The notes under the pieces were generated by a model. It was not told the origin of the DNA. It worked only from the letters and a program-made list of their open reading frames with translations, and made no database searches. From Candidatus Cloacimonadales bacterium (GTDB lineage Bacteria; Cloacimonadota; Cloacimonadia; Cloacimonadales; JAIOQZ01): DNA of 64,000 nucleotides. Shown piece by piece: positions 38,375 through 47,332 of the stretch (its first letter is position 1; each line of letters begins with the position of its first letter). Location: NCBI GenBank assembly GCA_963665815.1, contig OY762463.1, positions 234,383 through 298,382 on the forward strand. Direction: 5' to 3'. Made by a program: the position numbers and the translations under genes.

Positions 38375-40187
38375 ACTAATCATTTCCCTGTTTGTCCTGA
38401 GTTGTTTCAGTTTTCTGAATGCGGAGGAATTGTTCTTTAAATGGGATGACAATCCTGCATTCAACTCTGAAATCTACAAAAAGACAATAGGATTCAGATT
38501 AGTAAACTCAGATTACGATACATTTGAACAATTAGGAAGGGTGAGTTATCTTCACCCTTCCAGACTTTATGGTAACACAAAGTTCCTTGCAGAAATGCAG
38601 AAAGCAGATGACTTCGATCTGTATACAGCCGGAATAAGCTGGGGAAAACGAATCAATCCCGTATTCCATCTTGGTACCGGCCTGGAGCTTTCACGAAACA
38701 TTGATGATAAGATTAACACTATATCATTTCTTCCCGGTATTCAAATCAAATTCACAGGCAACCTGAGATATTCCGGCTATCTGTGTTTCCAAAAACTCGA
38801 TAATGATCAGAAAACTTATGTGAATTCTACTCTCTCATATTATCTCAATCCAAACCTTAGAACATCCCTTTCATATGATGTAGATGAAAAGTACAGAGCT
38901 GAGATTGACTTAATCAAATCTATTGGTATTTCACTATTTGCACAATCTAACTTAAAGAATAACTTGAAAGATAATTTAACTGCAGGATTAACCTTTTCAC
39001 TCAATCTGGCAAACAGTTTAGTCAAACTTGAAGGTGCAGTTGTTAATGATCCTGAAGATAAGCAGTACAGACAGTCTGCAGAATATATTTACAGTTTCGG
39101 TAAGTATACTCCCCCGATTGTTTATGAAGCTCCTCTATATCCTGTTTCGGGAAATGCTCTCAACAAATACGGTCTAATGATAGATCAGCAACTGAGTGAA
39201 ACAACGCAAAAAGATGTAGTTATTGTTGTTAAACCGGGAGACAATCTTACACAGATCAGCAGGAATCTACCCATAAACGCTCTTGACCATTACAAAGATA
39301 ATGTTGCAGCAATATCTGAATATAACGACATAACAGATCCGTCCAGAATCAAAGTCGGTCAGAAGATAAAAATACCGGTAAAGGTACCATCTGCTTCCGA
39401 TATTACAGTTTCAGATGAGGATAAATCAGAAGTTGATGAGCTGCTTAATACACTTTTAACAACAAATCTTGCTGAGATAAAGATTACTCAGGCATACTGG
39501 AACTTGCAGTTAAAAGATATCAATGCAATGAAAAAGCATACTCCGGGTAACATATTGAATACACCAGGTATGCTTAATATCAAAGCAATTGAAGCTGTTG
39601 CAGAAAACAATCTTGATGAAGCTGACAGATTACTGAAACAGGCAATATTAATTGATTCAACTTCTCATATCTATCTGTTTAACAAAGCGGTTATAGATTT
39701 TCAGACAGGTAAATATCAGGAGTCTTATGATAATCTTGTTAATAGTATTGAGCTTGGGGCAGGCTCAGATTATGCATTCAAGATATATAATCTTGTTAAG
39801 AAGAAAACACTATTGAAGGATTTCCCTGATACTGTAATTGCGTTACAACAGAACTTCAAAGCAGAGATTTCCTTGATACCAATGGACAGCCTTAAATCCG
39901 AATTTAAGCTGCAAAATGTTGAAAAACAAACAACTGAAAAAAAGCTTAATTTCCTGAGTGAGGAATTTGAGGATTACTTTACACAGAAAGCTACTTACTC
40001 AGAAGTTGAGAATACATCTAAAGCAGGTTCGGCATCTCACAATGAAGCTGTAAACATGCTTAAAATAATAAACAGAAAACTGGATCATATCAGTATGTCT
40101 TTAAGAACAGAACGTCAGAAACTTGTTATTTTGACTGACAACCTGAACATGATTAAACTGGAGCTGAACAGGAGAATGGCATGGTAA
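38361..40187 (+). CDS. secreted protein: beta-rich N-terminus, LysM, TPR, C-terminal coiled coil
   Basis: Signal peptide; LysM VVKPGDNLTQIS...YNDITDPSRIKVGQKIKIP; TPR helices. Confidence 0.8.
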   Translation: MKICRLIISLFVLSCFSFLNAEELFFKWDDNPAFNSEIYKKTIGFRLVNSDYDTFEQLGRVSYLHPSRLYGNTKFLAEMQKADDFDLYTAGISWGKRINPVFHLGTGLELSRNIDDKINTISFLPGIQIKFTGNLRYSGYLCFQKLDNDQKTYVNSTLSYYLNPNLRTSLSYDVDEKYRAEIDLIKSIGISLFAQSNLKNNLKDNLTAGLTFSLNLANSLVKLEGAVVNDPEDKQYRQSAEYIYSFGKYTPPIVYEAPLYPVSGNALNKYGLMIDQQLSETTQKDVVIVVKPGDNLTQISRNLPINALDHYKDNVAAISEYNDITDPSRIKVGQKIKIPVKVPSASDITVSDEDKSEVDELLNTLLTTNLAEIKITQAYWNLQLKDINAMKKHTPGNILNTPGMLNIKAIEAVAENNLDEADRLLKQAILIDSTSHIYLFNKAVIDFQTGKYQESYDNLVNSIELGAGSDYAFKIYNLVKKKTLLKDFPDTVIALQQNFKAEISLIPMDSLKSEFKLQNVEKQTTEKKLNFLSEEFEDYFTQKATYSEVENTSKAGSASHNEAVNMLKIINRKLDHISMSLRTERQKLVILTDNLNMIKLELNRRMAW

Positions 40188-42028
40188 GACAATTCATTCT
40201 TCTAATGTTTATATTCCTTATTCTGGGATGTGCTTCTGTTCCTCGAGACGAAGCTGAAACATACGAGCATGCTCTTGCTGTTTATCGTTCAGGTGATTAT
40301 GAACAGGCAATTCCTCTGTTGAAACATGAGCTTGATAAAGATTCCGATTATGCAAATCTTTATGAAGTACTCGCTCATTCATTTTATATGACAGGCCATC
40401 CTGATTCCACTATGAAATACCTGAAAAAAGGTGAGAGCTTCTGGAAGAAAAACATCGAAAACGCTTTATTGTCGGTAAAAACACAGATTACTACAAAGGA
40501 ATCCCAGAAAGATTTCCTCAGCTATGTTAACAGTGTTGCAAGAAAGTTTGATATGGATCCCGGACTTCTTCTGGCGTTCATGCATCAGGAAAGTGCTTTC
40601 AAGGTTGATGCCATTTCTTCTGCAGGTGCTGTTGGACTTGTACAGTTGATGCCGGCAACAGCAAAAGCTCTTGGCTTGAAAGTACCTCCGGAAAACTATG
40701 TAAAAGAACCGGAGATAAAAGACCATAAACAGGACGAGAGATTCCATCCCGGTAAAAACATTTATGCTTCAGCTCGTCATATCAGTTTTCTGCTTCAACA
40801 CTACAAAAAGGGGAAGAAAAAAAGAACTGACTTGCAAAAGGCAATTGCTGCATATCTTTCAGGAACAGGTAATGTAAAAGACAGTATTCCAAACTATGCA
40901 AAGCATTATGTAAATAAGGTTTCCGGATATTATAAAGATTACAGATATAATGATAAAACAAAGGCAAAAGCAGCGGATTTGTATAACAAAAGAAATAAAG
41001 GGAAGCAATTCTTCAGTTCATATAGTACCGGGAAAATCTCAAAGGGACTGAATTCTGTCAGTAAATACATCAAAAAGATGAACAATCTTGGGATTGATAT
41101 ACAGCGTTCAGCTTTCTACAACAATCTTGCACTTGCAAGCAATGCACTAGGGGAAAATCAGAAAGCGGATTCATTATTCAATATTGCTGTTTCTCTTGAT
41201 CCAAAGAATGTAACAACTTATACAAACTATGCTGTTTTTCTGTATAATACGGATCAAATGGATAAATGTTTGAATCTCCTGCTTCATCCACCTACTAATG
41301 ATCTTGAGTTGATCCTGGTTTTAAAATCCGGTATTTACCTGGCAAAGAAGCAATATAATAAGGCTGTAGGAACTGCTGAAAATGGAATCAGAATGTATCC
41401 TGACAATCTGCTTTTGAGTAATAATCTGGCTCTTGGATATTTCTTCACACGTGAACGAGACAAAGCATTGTCTATATTGAGCTCTCTAACAAGCGAAGCA
41501 GATAATCAGGTGATTATCAATAATTACCTCTGCGTACTATACGATTACTATTATGCTGAGCAATCTCGAATCACTTATACATTGTTTACCAGACTTAATG
41601 ATGAAGCTCAATCTGAATACATATGGCCAACCGATAGAATTAACATTTCTTCTTATTATGGGTGGAGACCTAATCCGGTTCTACGTAATTGGGATGATAG
41701 ACTGGAAGATTTGGATTTTCACTATGGGATAGATATTCCCGGTGCTGAAGGTGATCCTATCTATGCTGTGAAATCAGGTATCGTTACAACCTCTACATTC
41801 AATGATGTCTCCGGAAATGTTGTTGTACTGCAGCATGATGATGGTGGATATTCTGTTTACTACCACATGAGTAAGAGGGTTTCCGCAAAAGGAGACAGAG
41901 TTAAGCAGGGTGATATTATAGGAGAAATTGGAACAACAGGTCGTTCTACCGGAAATCACCTTCATTATGGACTTTACGACAAAAACTGGAAACCCCTGAA
42001 TCCAATTCTTTTCTATCCATTTTTCTAA
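40181..42028 (+). CDS. lipoprotein: TPR - lytic transglycosylase (SLT) - TPR - M23 peptidase
   Basis: Lipobox LILGC; SLT motifs QES, GLVQLMP and AAYLSG; M23 motifs HYGID, YYHM and HLH. Confidence 0.9.
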   Translation: MVRQFILLMFIFLILGCASVPRDEAETYEHALAVYRSGDYEQAIPLLKHELDKDSDYANLYEVLAHSFYMTGHPDSTMKYLKKGESFWKKNIENALLSVKTQITTKESQKDFLSYVNSVARKFDMDPGLLLAFMHQESAFKVDAISSAGAVGLVQLMPATAKALGLKVPPENYVKEPEIKDHKQDERFHPGKNIYASARHISFLLQHYKKGKKKRTDLQKAIAAYLSGTGNVKDSIPNYAKHYVNKVSGYYKDYRYNDKTKAKAADLYNKRNKGKQFFSSYSTGKISKGLNSVSKYIKKMNNLGIDIQRSAFYNNLALASNALGENQKADSLFNIAVSLDPKNVTTYTNYAVFLYNTDQMDKCLNLLLHPPTNDLELILVLKSGIYLAKKQYNKAVGTAENGIRMYPDNLLLSNNLALGYFFTRERDKALSILSSLTSEADNQVIINNYLCVLYDYYYAEQSRITYTLFTRLNDEAQSEYIWPTDRINISSYYGWRPNPVLRNWDDRLEDLDFHYGIDIPGAEGDPIYAVKSGIVTTSTFNDVSGNVVVLQHDDGGYSVYYHMSKRVSAKGDRVKQGDIIGEIGTTGRSTGNHLHYGLYDKNWKPLNPILFYPFF

Positions 42029-42064
42029 ACTTTTTCATACACTCAAATTCCTGAAAGAAAACAT

Positions 42065-42092
42065 TTGACTATATGCATAATACTTTTAGAAT
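42065..42092 (+). promoter_or_regulatory. sigma70 promoter, probably giving a leaderless mRNA
   Basis: TTGACT-16 bp-TAGAAT; ATG 42099 starts 7 nt after the -10; no SD. Confidence 0.6.
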
Positions 42093-42098
42093 ATTAGC

Positions 42099-43283
42099 AT
42101 GGAAAAATATTTTTTTAGATGTATTAATTGCGGAAAGAGCTTTCATGATGTAAATTTCATGTATACATGTCCGGAATGCTATGAATCAAGATTTGATCAA
42201 CCTCCCAAAGGTTATCTGAAAATGGAGTACAAGTATTCGGAAATCAGTGAAAAGCACTCATGTATTGATAAAGAACTACTTCTGGATCTACTGCCGTTAA
42301 AATCTCTGGCAAGCTTACCTACACTTAACGTTGGCAATACTCCTTTGTATGACATTACTCACAATCTGAGTTTATCTGATAATAACTGTAGATTGTATGC
42401 AAAAGATGATTCACAGAATCCGACATTCTCATATAAAGACAGAGCTTCTGCACTTGTTTCTGCTTTTGCTAAAGAGCAGGGAATAGATTCAATTGTGGCT
42501 GCTTCTACAGGAAATGCCGGATCGTCAATTGCAGGGATTTGTGCTAACCAGAACCAGAAAGCTATTGTTTTCGTTCCGGCATCTGCACCGGAAGCCAAAT
42601 TAACTCAGATTAACCTTTATGGTGCAGAATTAATAAGAGTAAATGGTACATACGATCAGGCATTTGATGAGAGCTTGAGGTATTCTGAGAAAACCGGTTG
42701 CTTTAACAGAAATACAGGATATAATCCACTCACTGTAGAAGGTAAGAAAACTGCTGCTTTTGAACTGGTTGCCGAATTGGAATCCATAGACAGAATTTTT
42801 GTACCTGTTGGTGATGGTGTTATTATTTCAGGTGTTTTCAAAGGCTTTGAAGATTTGATTAAATGTGGGATGGCGAAGAAAATTCCTGAGATTATTGCAG
42901 TACAGTCAATTCAAAGCAGTAATCTTGTAAATAATCTTAGCTCAGATCAGTTTAACTCAGAGGAATGCACGACTGTCGCAGATTCAATATCAGTAGCCAT
43001 TCCCAGAAACTTTTATATGGCAAGGGATTATATAAACAGGTACAATTGCAGAACTGTATTGGTCTCTGATTCGGAAATCTTAGATGCATCCGCAGAGTTA
43101 TGCAGAAAAACAGGTCTTTTCAGTGAGCCGGCCGGAGCATCATCCTATGCCGGATTCAAGAGGTACTGTGAATTATATGACAATTCAGGTGTGAACGTTA
43201 TATTATTGACAGGAAGCGGTCTGAAGGATATAAAGACAATGCAGAGATATTTAAATCAACAAAAAGAAGGTATAAATGAGTAG
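42099..43283 (+). CDS. threonine synthase-like PLP enzyme (fold type II)
   Basis: N-terminal CxxC...CxxC; NPTFSYKDRA PLP-lysine; ASTGNAG, PVGDG, EPAG and TGSGLKD motifs. Confidence 0.88.
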   Translation: MEKYFFRCINCGKSFHDVNFMYTCPECYESRFDQPPKGYLKMEYKYSEISEKHSCIDKELLLDLLPLKSLASLPTLNVGNTPLYDITHNLSLSDNNCRLYAKDDSQNPTFSYKDRASALVSAFAKEQGIDSIVAASTGNAGSSIAGICANQNQKAIVFVPASAPEAKLTQINLYGAELIRVNGTYDQAFDESLRYSEKTGCFNRNTGYNPLTVEGKKTAAFELVAELESIDRIFVPVGDGVIISGVFKGFEDLIKCGMAKKIPEIIAVQSIQSSNLVNNLSSDQFNSEECTTVADSISVAIPRNFYMARDYINRYNCRTVLVSDSEILDASAELCRKTGLFSEPAGASSYAGFKRYCELYDNSGVNVILLTGSGLKDIKTMQRYLNQQKEGINE

Positions 43284-45429
43284 TATTCTCAGAGTAGATG
43301 GAATAAGAAAACTCGAAGGTAAAACAAAATATGTAGATGACTATACTTTCCCTGCTATGCTTCACGGAGCTGTAATCTGCTCGACAATTCATAAGGGAAA
43401 GATTATTAAAATACAATATCCTAATCAATTAAATCCGAGTGATTTCGTAATATGTTCAGCCAGCGATATTCCTGGAATGAATGTTGTGCCTGAACCTGTA
43501 TCAGATGGTGTTTTCCTCACTGATGGAGAAGTAAGATATTTGGGGCAGCCCATACTTTGTGCTGCACATGCAGATAAACAGATGCTTCATGAATTTATCA
43601 GAGATACAAAAATTGTATATGAAGAATACAGTGAAGAGCTTGCCTGCACAAATTACAAAAAGTGTCTTGAGAATGAGGCCAATGCATTTGGTAGAGCAAT
43701 TGAGATTGATCATGGTAAAAAGCACGATATAGATGATTCCTGGGTTCATTTGAAGAAGATATACTTTACCCCACATCAGGAACAGGCTTATCTTGAAACT
43801 CAGGGAATGATTGCCAGTTATAATAAAGCCAGCGGAACAATGAATATTCTGGGATCAATGCAATGTCCGTATTTCGTGAAAGATGCAGTAGAACAGATTA
43901 TGGGAGATGCTGTTTCAGAAGTAGTGGTTGAAGTAGCTGAAGGTGTAGGCGGTGCATTTGGAGGGAAGGAGGATTTCCCAAACAATATTGCGGGGTTTGC
44001 TGCTCTGCTCAGTTACAAATCACATTGTCCTGTGAAGATAGTTTTAGATAGAAATCAGGATATGATGATTACAACCAAAAGACATCCATCCAGAATCGAA
44101 ATTGATTCTTATGTTGATCCTGAAACAAAGAAGATAAAAAAGATGTCTATAGATTACAGGCTTGATGCAGGATGTTTCCAGACGTTATCTCCTGTCGTGC
44201 TGTCTCGTGGTGTGTTACATGCATCAGGTGTATATGCTTGTGATGATGTGTACATTCTTGGTAGGTTGTTCAGATCGAATACTCCGCCTAATGGTGCATT
44301 CAGAGGTTTTGGTGCTCCTCAGGCAATATTCGCTGTTGAAAGCCATATTGAAGACCTTGCAGAGATGCTGAATGTTTCACCTGTAGAATTCCGAGAGTTG
44401 AATCTCCTTACTGATAATGACAAACTTCCTTCAACACAGATGGTTGACACTTCACCCTTGTATGAATGCTGGAATGAATTGCTTAGTGAATCTGATTTCA
44501 GAGCAAAATACAAAGAATTCGAGGACTGGAACAAGTCTCATAAGATAAAAAAGGGGATTGGACTTTCTCTGACTTATCATGGTGGAGGTTACACGGGTAA
44601 TGGAGAAAAGGTTTTGGCATCTGAAGTAAAAATTACTCTCACAGCAGATAGTTCTGTCGAAGTTTTTGTTTCCAATGTTGATATGGGACAGGGTTGCAGT
44701 ACAACTCTGGCTCAGAGAGTTGCAGAAGGTTTGCAGTACCCTGTTGAAAAAGTTATTGTCAATACCCCGGACACAAGTAAAACACCGAATTCCGGTCCTA
44801 CAGTTGCTTCCAGAACAATCTATGTTGTAGGAAAAATCCTGTTTGATCTGGCAAAAGACATCAGAAATCAAGTTGGTGATATAGAAACATATTTTAATAC
44901 TGGGAAAGCACTTCCTGTTGAGTTTAAAGGTAAGTTTGCTCCTGATCCTACAGTTGTATTTGATGAAGATACATATAAAGGAACAGGTTACAGAGATTAC
45001 TCCTGGGCAGCCTGTGCAGTAGAAGTCACATATGATCCGGTTTTGTTTACTATCAAAGTTGATAAAATATGGAATGTACTGGATATCGGTAAAGTAGTGA
45101 ATCCTTCAATTGCAGAAGGACAGGTCGCCGGAGCTGTTGTACAGGGAATTGGCTATGGAACAACTGAGATTACATATAAACCCGGAATTGGTAAAACTGC
45201 CGGACTTTCAAACTATGTTGTCCCAATAATTCAGGATGCACCGGACATACACATTAAATTTGTGAATACAGATTGTGATATTGCAAAGGGTCTTGGAGAA
45301 ATTCCAATGAATTATCCTGCTCCGGCAGTGAGAAATGCCCTTAAACATGCTACGGGTATAACTCTTGATGAAATACCTCTGCTTCCTGAACTGATTTTTG
45401 ATGAATGGAGTAAAAATGAAAACAAATAA
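43276..45429 (+). CDS. xanthine dehydrogenase family molybdopterin-binding subunit
   Basis: EQAYLE, GGAFGGK, AFRGFGAPQ, DMGQG, GPTVASR and KGLGE motifs. Confidence 0.93.
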   Translation: MSSILRVDGIRKLEGKTKYVDDYTFPAMLHGAVICSTIHKGKIIKIQYPNQLNPSDFVICSASDIPGMNVVPEPVSDGVFLTDGEVRYLGQPILCAAHADKQMLHEFIRDTKIVYEEYSEELACTNYKKCLENEANAFGRAIEIDHGKKHDIDDSWVHLKKIYFTPHQEQAYLETQGMIASYNKASGTMNILGSMQCPYFVKDAVEQIMGDAVSEVVVEVAEGVGGAFGGKEDFPNNIAGFAALLSYKSHCPVKIVLDRNQDMMITTKRHPSRIEIDSYVDPETKKIKKMSIDYRLDAGCFQTLSPVVLSRGVLHASGVYACDDVYILGRLFRSNTPPNGAFRGFGAPQAIFAVESHIEDLAEMLNVSPVEFRELNLLTDNDKLPSTQMVDTSPLYECWNELLSESDFRAKYKEFEDWNKSHKIKKGIGLSLTYHGGGYTGNGEKVLASEVKITLTADSSVEVFVSNVDMGQGCSTTLAQRVAEGLQYPVEKVIVNTPDTSKTPNSGPTVASRTIYVVGKILFDLAKDIRNQVGDIETYFNTGKALPVEFKGKFAPDPTVVFDEDTYKGTGYRDYSWAACAVEVTYDPVLFTIKVDKIWNVLDIGKVVNPSIAEGQVAGAVVQGIGYGTTEITYKPGIGKTAGLSNYVVPIIQDAPDIHIKFVNTDCDIAKGLGEIPMNYPAPAVRNALKHATGITLDEIPLLPELIFDEWSKNENK

Positions 45430-45898
45430 AATCTTTGTTAAGTTTAAACTTAATAACAATAAAACCAGGATAGAAGTTGATCCACTGAAACGTGTTCTGG
45501 ATTTGCTAAGAGATGATTTTGATTTGAAATCACTAAAAGAAGGATGCGGTGAAGGTGAATGCGGAGCCTGTACCATACTGCTTAATGGAAAACCTGTTAC
45601 AAGTTGTATATTCAGAGCAGGTCAACTTGAGAGTACGGAAGTACTAACTCTGGAAGGAATCAGAGAATCTGAGCTGGGAAAGATTATTATTGAAGCTTTT
45701 CATAACAATAATGCTGTACAATGCGGATTTTGTTTCCCCGGATTTCTCATGACTACTTACGCATATATTCTGTCAGGTGGAGATACACGGCAGGATAATA
45801 TTAAAAGAGCTCTGGCAGGGAATATCTGCCGTTGCACAGGTTATGACAAGATTATTAAATCTGTTATTGATGCAATCAATACTTATTGCCAGAAGTAA
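45416..45898 (+). CDS. xanthine dehydrogenase family 2x(2Fe-2S) subunit
   Basis: GCGEGECGACT, QCGFCFPG and GNICRCTGY motifs; ATG after GGAG. Confidence 0.95.
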   Translation: MKTNKIFVKFKLNNNKTRIEVDPLKRVLDLLRDDFDLKSLKEGCGEGECGACTILLNGKPVTSCIFRAGQLESTEVLTLEGIRESELGKIIIEAFHNNNAVQCGFCFPGFLMTTYAYILSGGDTRQDNIKRALAGNICRCTGYDKIIKSVIDAINTYCQK

Positions 45899-45907
45899 GG
45901 ATAAACT

Positions 45908-46744
45908 ATGAACCATAAAACACATATTGTAACAGACCTTACCGAATTACTTACATTGATTAGCTCAGACACCAAACCCTGGTTCGTTGCCGGTGGAACT
46001 GATATAAGTCTGAACATTTCAAGAAATCAACTTCCGAAGAATTCTGATATATATTTTATCAGTGGAATAAAATGCTTGAAAAGTATTACGAAAAGCAATG
46101 GATATATAAAAATAGGAGCTCTAAGTTCAATCACTGATATTCTGGAGTCTTCAATTATTAATGAAAGTCTTCCATTTCTCAGGGAGGCTCTTAAAGATTT
46201 TGCTTCAGCACAGATCAGAAATGTTGCAACACTTACGGGAAATATTGCCAATGGTTCCCCCACTGCTGATACAATACCTATACTGCTTGTTCTTGAGGCG
46301 GAGCTTCTCTTAAGTTCTAACAAAGGCTCCAGAGTCGTATCACTCTCTGATTTCTTTACAGATTACAAAACGAATGTACTTGAGAATAATGAGGTTATTA
46401 CCGAGATACTCATTCCGGATAAAAATAAGAATTCTGAACTGTTCAGCTATAAAGTCGGCAATAGATCAGCTCTGACAATCGCAAAAGTAAACATTGCAAT
46501 ATTGAAGGGAGAAGTAGTAAAAATTGCTGCAGGAAGTGTTAATAGTTATCCTATAAGACTTTTTTCTCTAGAGAAACTGATAATCGAAAAAGGTATTGAA
46601 AGGTTGACAACACAGGATATAGAAAATGAATTGGCAAATCTGATAACACCAATAACCGACTTCAGATCAACTTCAGAATACAGATATACTGTTACAAGGA
46701 ACCTTATATGCAGTACATTAGATTCCATAAAGCAAAACTCCTGA
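45908..46744 (+). CDS. xanthine dehydrogenase family FAD-binding subunit
   Basis: AGGTD, QIRNVATLTGNI and PITDFRSTSEYR motifs. Confidence 0.93.
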   Translation: MNHKTHIVTDLTELLTLISSDTKPWFVAGGTDISLNISRNQLPKNSDIYFISGIKCLKSITKSNGYIKIGALSSITDILESSIINESLPFLREALKDFASAQIRNVATLTGNIANGSPTADTIPILLVLEAELLLSSNKGSRVVSLSDFFTDYKTNVLENNEVITEILIPDKNKNSELFSYKVGNRSALTIAKVNIAILKGEVVKIAAGSVNSYPIRLFSLEKLIIEKGIERLTTQDIENELANLITPITDFRSTSEYRYTVTRNLICSTLDSIKQNS

Positions 46745-47313
46745 TAGTTTTTTGCATAGCTTTATTTGGATGTGGTCCGGCTTTGTCCACATTTCAATCA
46801 GATTCACTTCGTTTATATAAAGGAAACGGGTATCAAGTTTCATATCCTGTTTCCGCAAGAGTCAGAACAGAGCTTGCTAACACGGATGCTCGAGATGAAC
46901 TTCATATAGAAGGAGCACAGATAACAATTGAAGGCAGGCGTGTACCTTCTTTTGATCTCGTTATAAGAACTTACAAGAACAGAAACAGTAAAGGACTAAA
47001 CAGGTGGATTTACGACTATTATGAGAAGAAGTGGCAGCAGACAAGGAATCTGCTTAGTCCTCCGACTCTTCCTGTTGACATGCATGGAAATCTCTCCAGT
47101 AATTATGTAAGTGATACAACTGTTGGCCCATACAAGGCTATCGTTGTGAATACACCTGATATAAAATACATTACGAGAACATTTTACGTGTGTAACAACA
47201 AAATAGTATATGCAATTGAATATAAAGATTTCGAGCTGGCATACAATCCTCTTGCAGATGTACAGCTTAGTATTTATTCCTTAATACTTAACACTTTTCA
47301 ATTAACTCAGTAA
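46708..47313 (+). CDS. hypothetical lipoprotein
   Basis: Lipobox LFGC; overlaps the FAD subunit gene. Confidence 0.65.
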   Translation: MQYIRFHKAKLLIVFCIALFGCGPALSTFQSDSLRLYKGNGYQVSYPVSARVRTELANTDARDELHIEGAQITIEGRRVPSFDLVIRTYKNRNSKGLNRWIYDYYEKKWQQTRNLLSPPTLPVDMHGNLSSNYVSDTTVGPYKAIVVNTPDIKYITRTFYVCNNKIVYAIEYKDFELAYNPLADVQLSIYSLILNTFQLTQ

Positions 47314-47332
47314 ACATTCCGGGGAGATAAAA

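Noticed and set aside
43276-46744. Possible selenocysteine (TGA) recoding in the molybdoenzyme genes
   Set aside because: The ORFs are full-length with no in-frame TGA to read through
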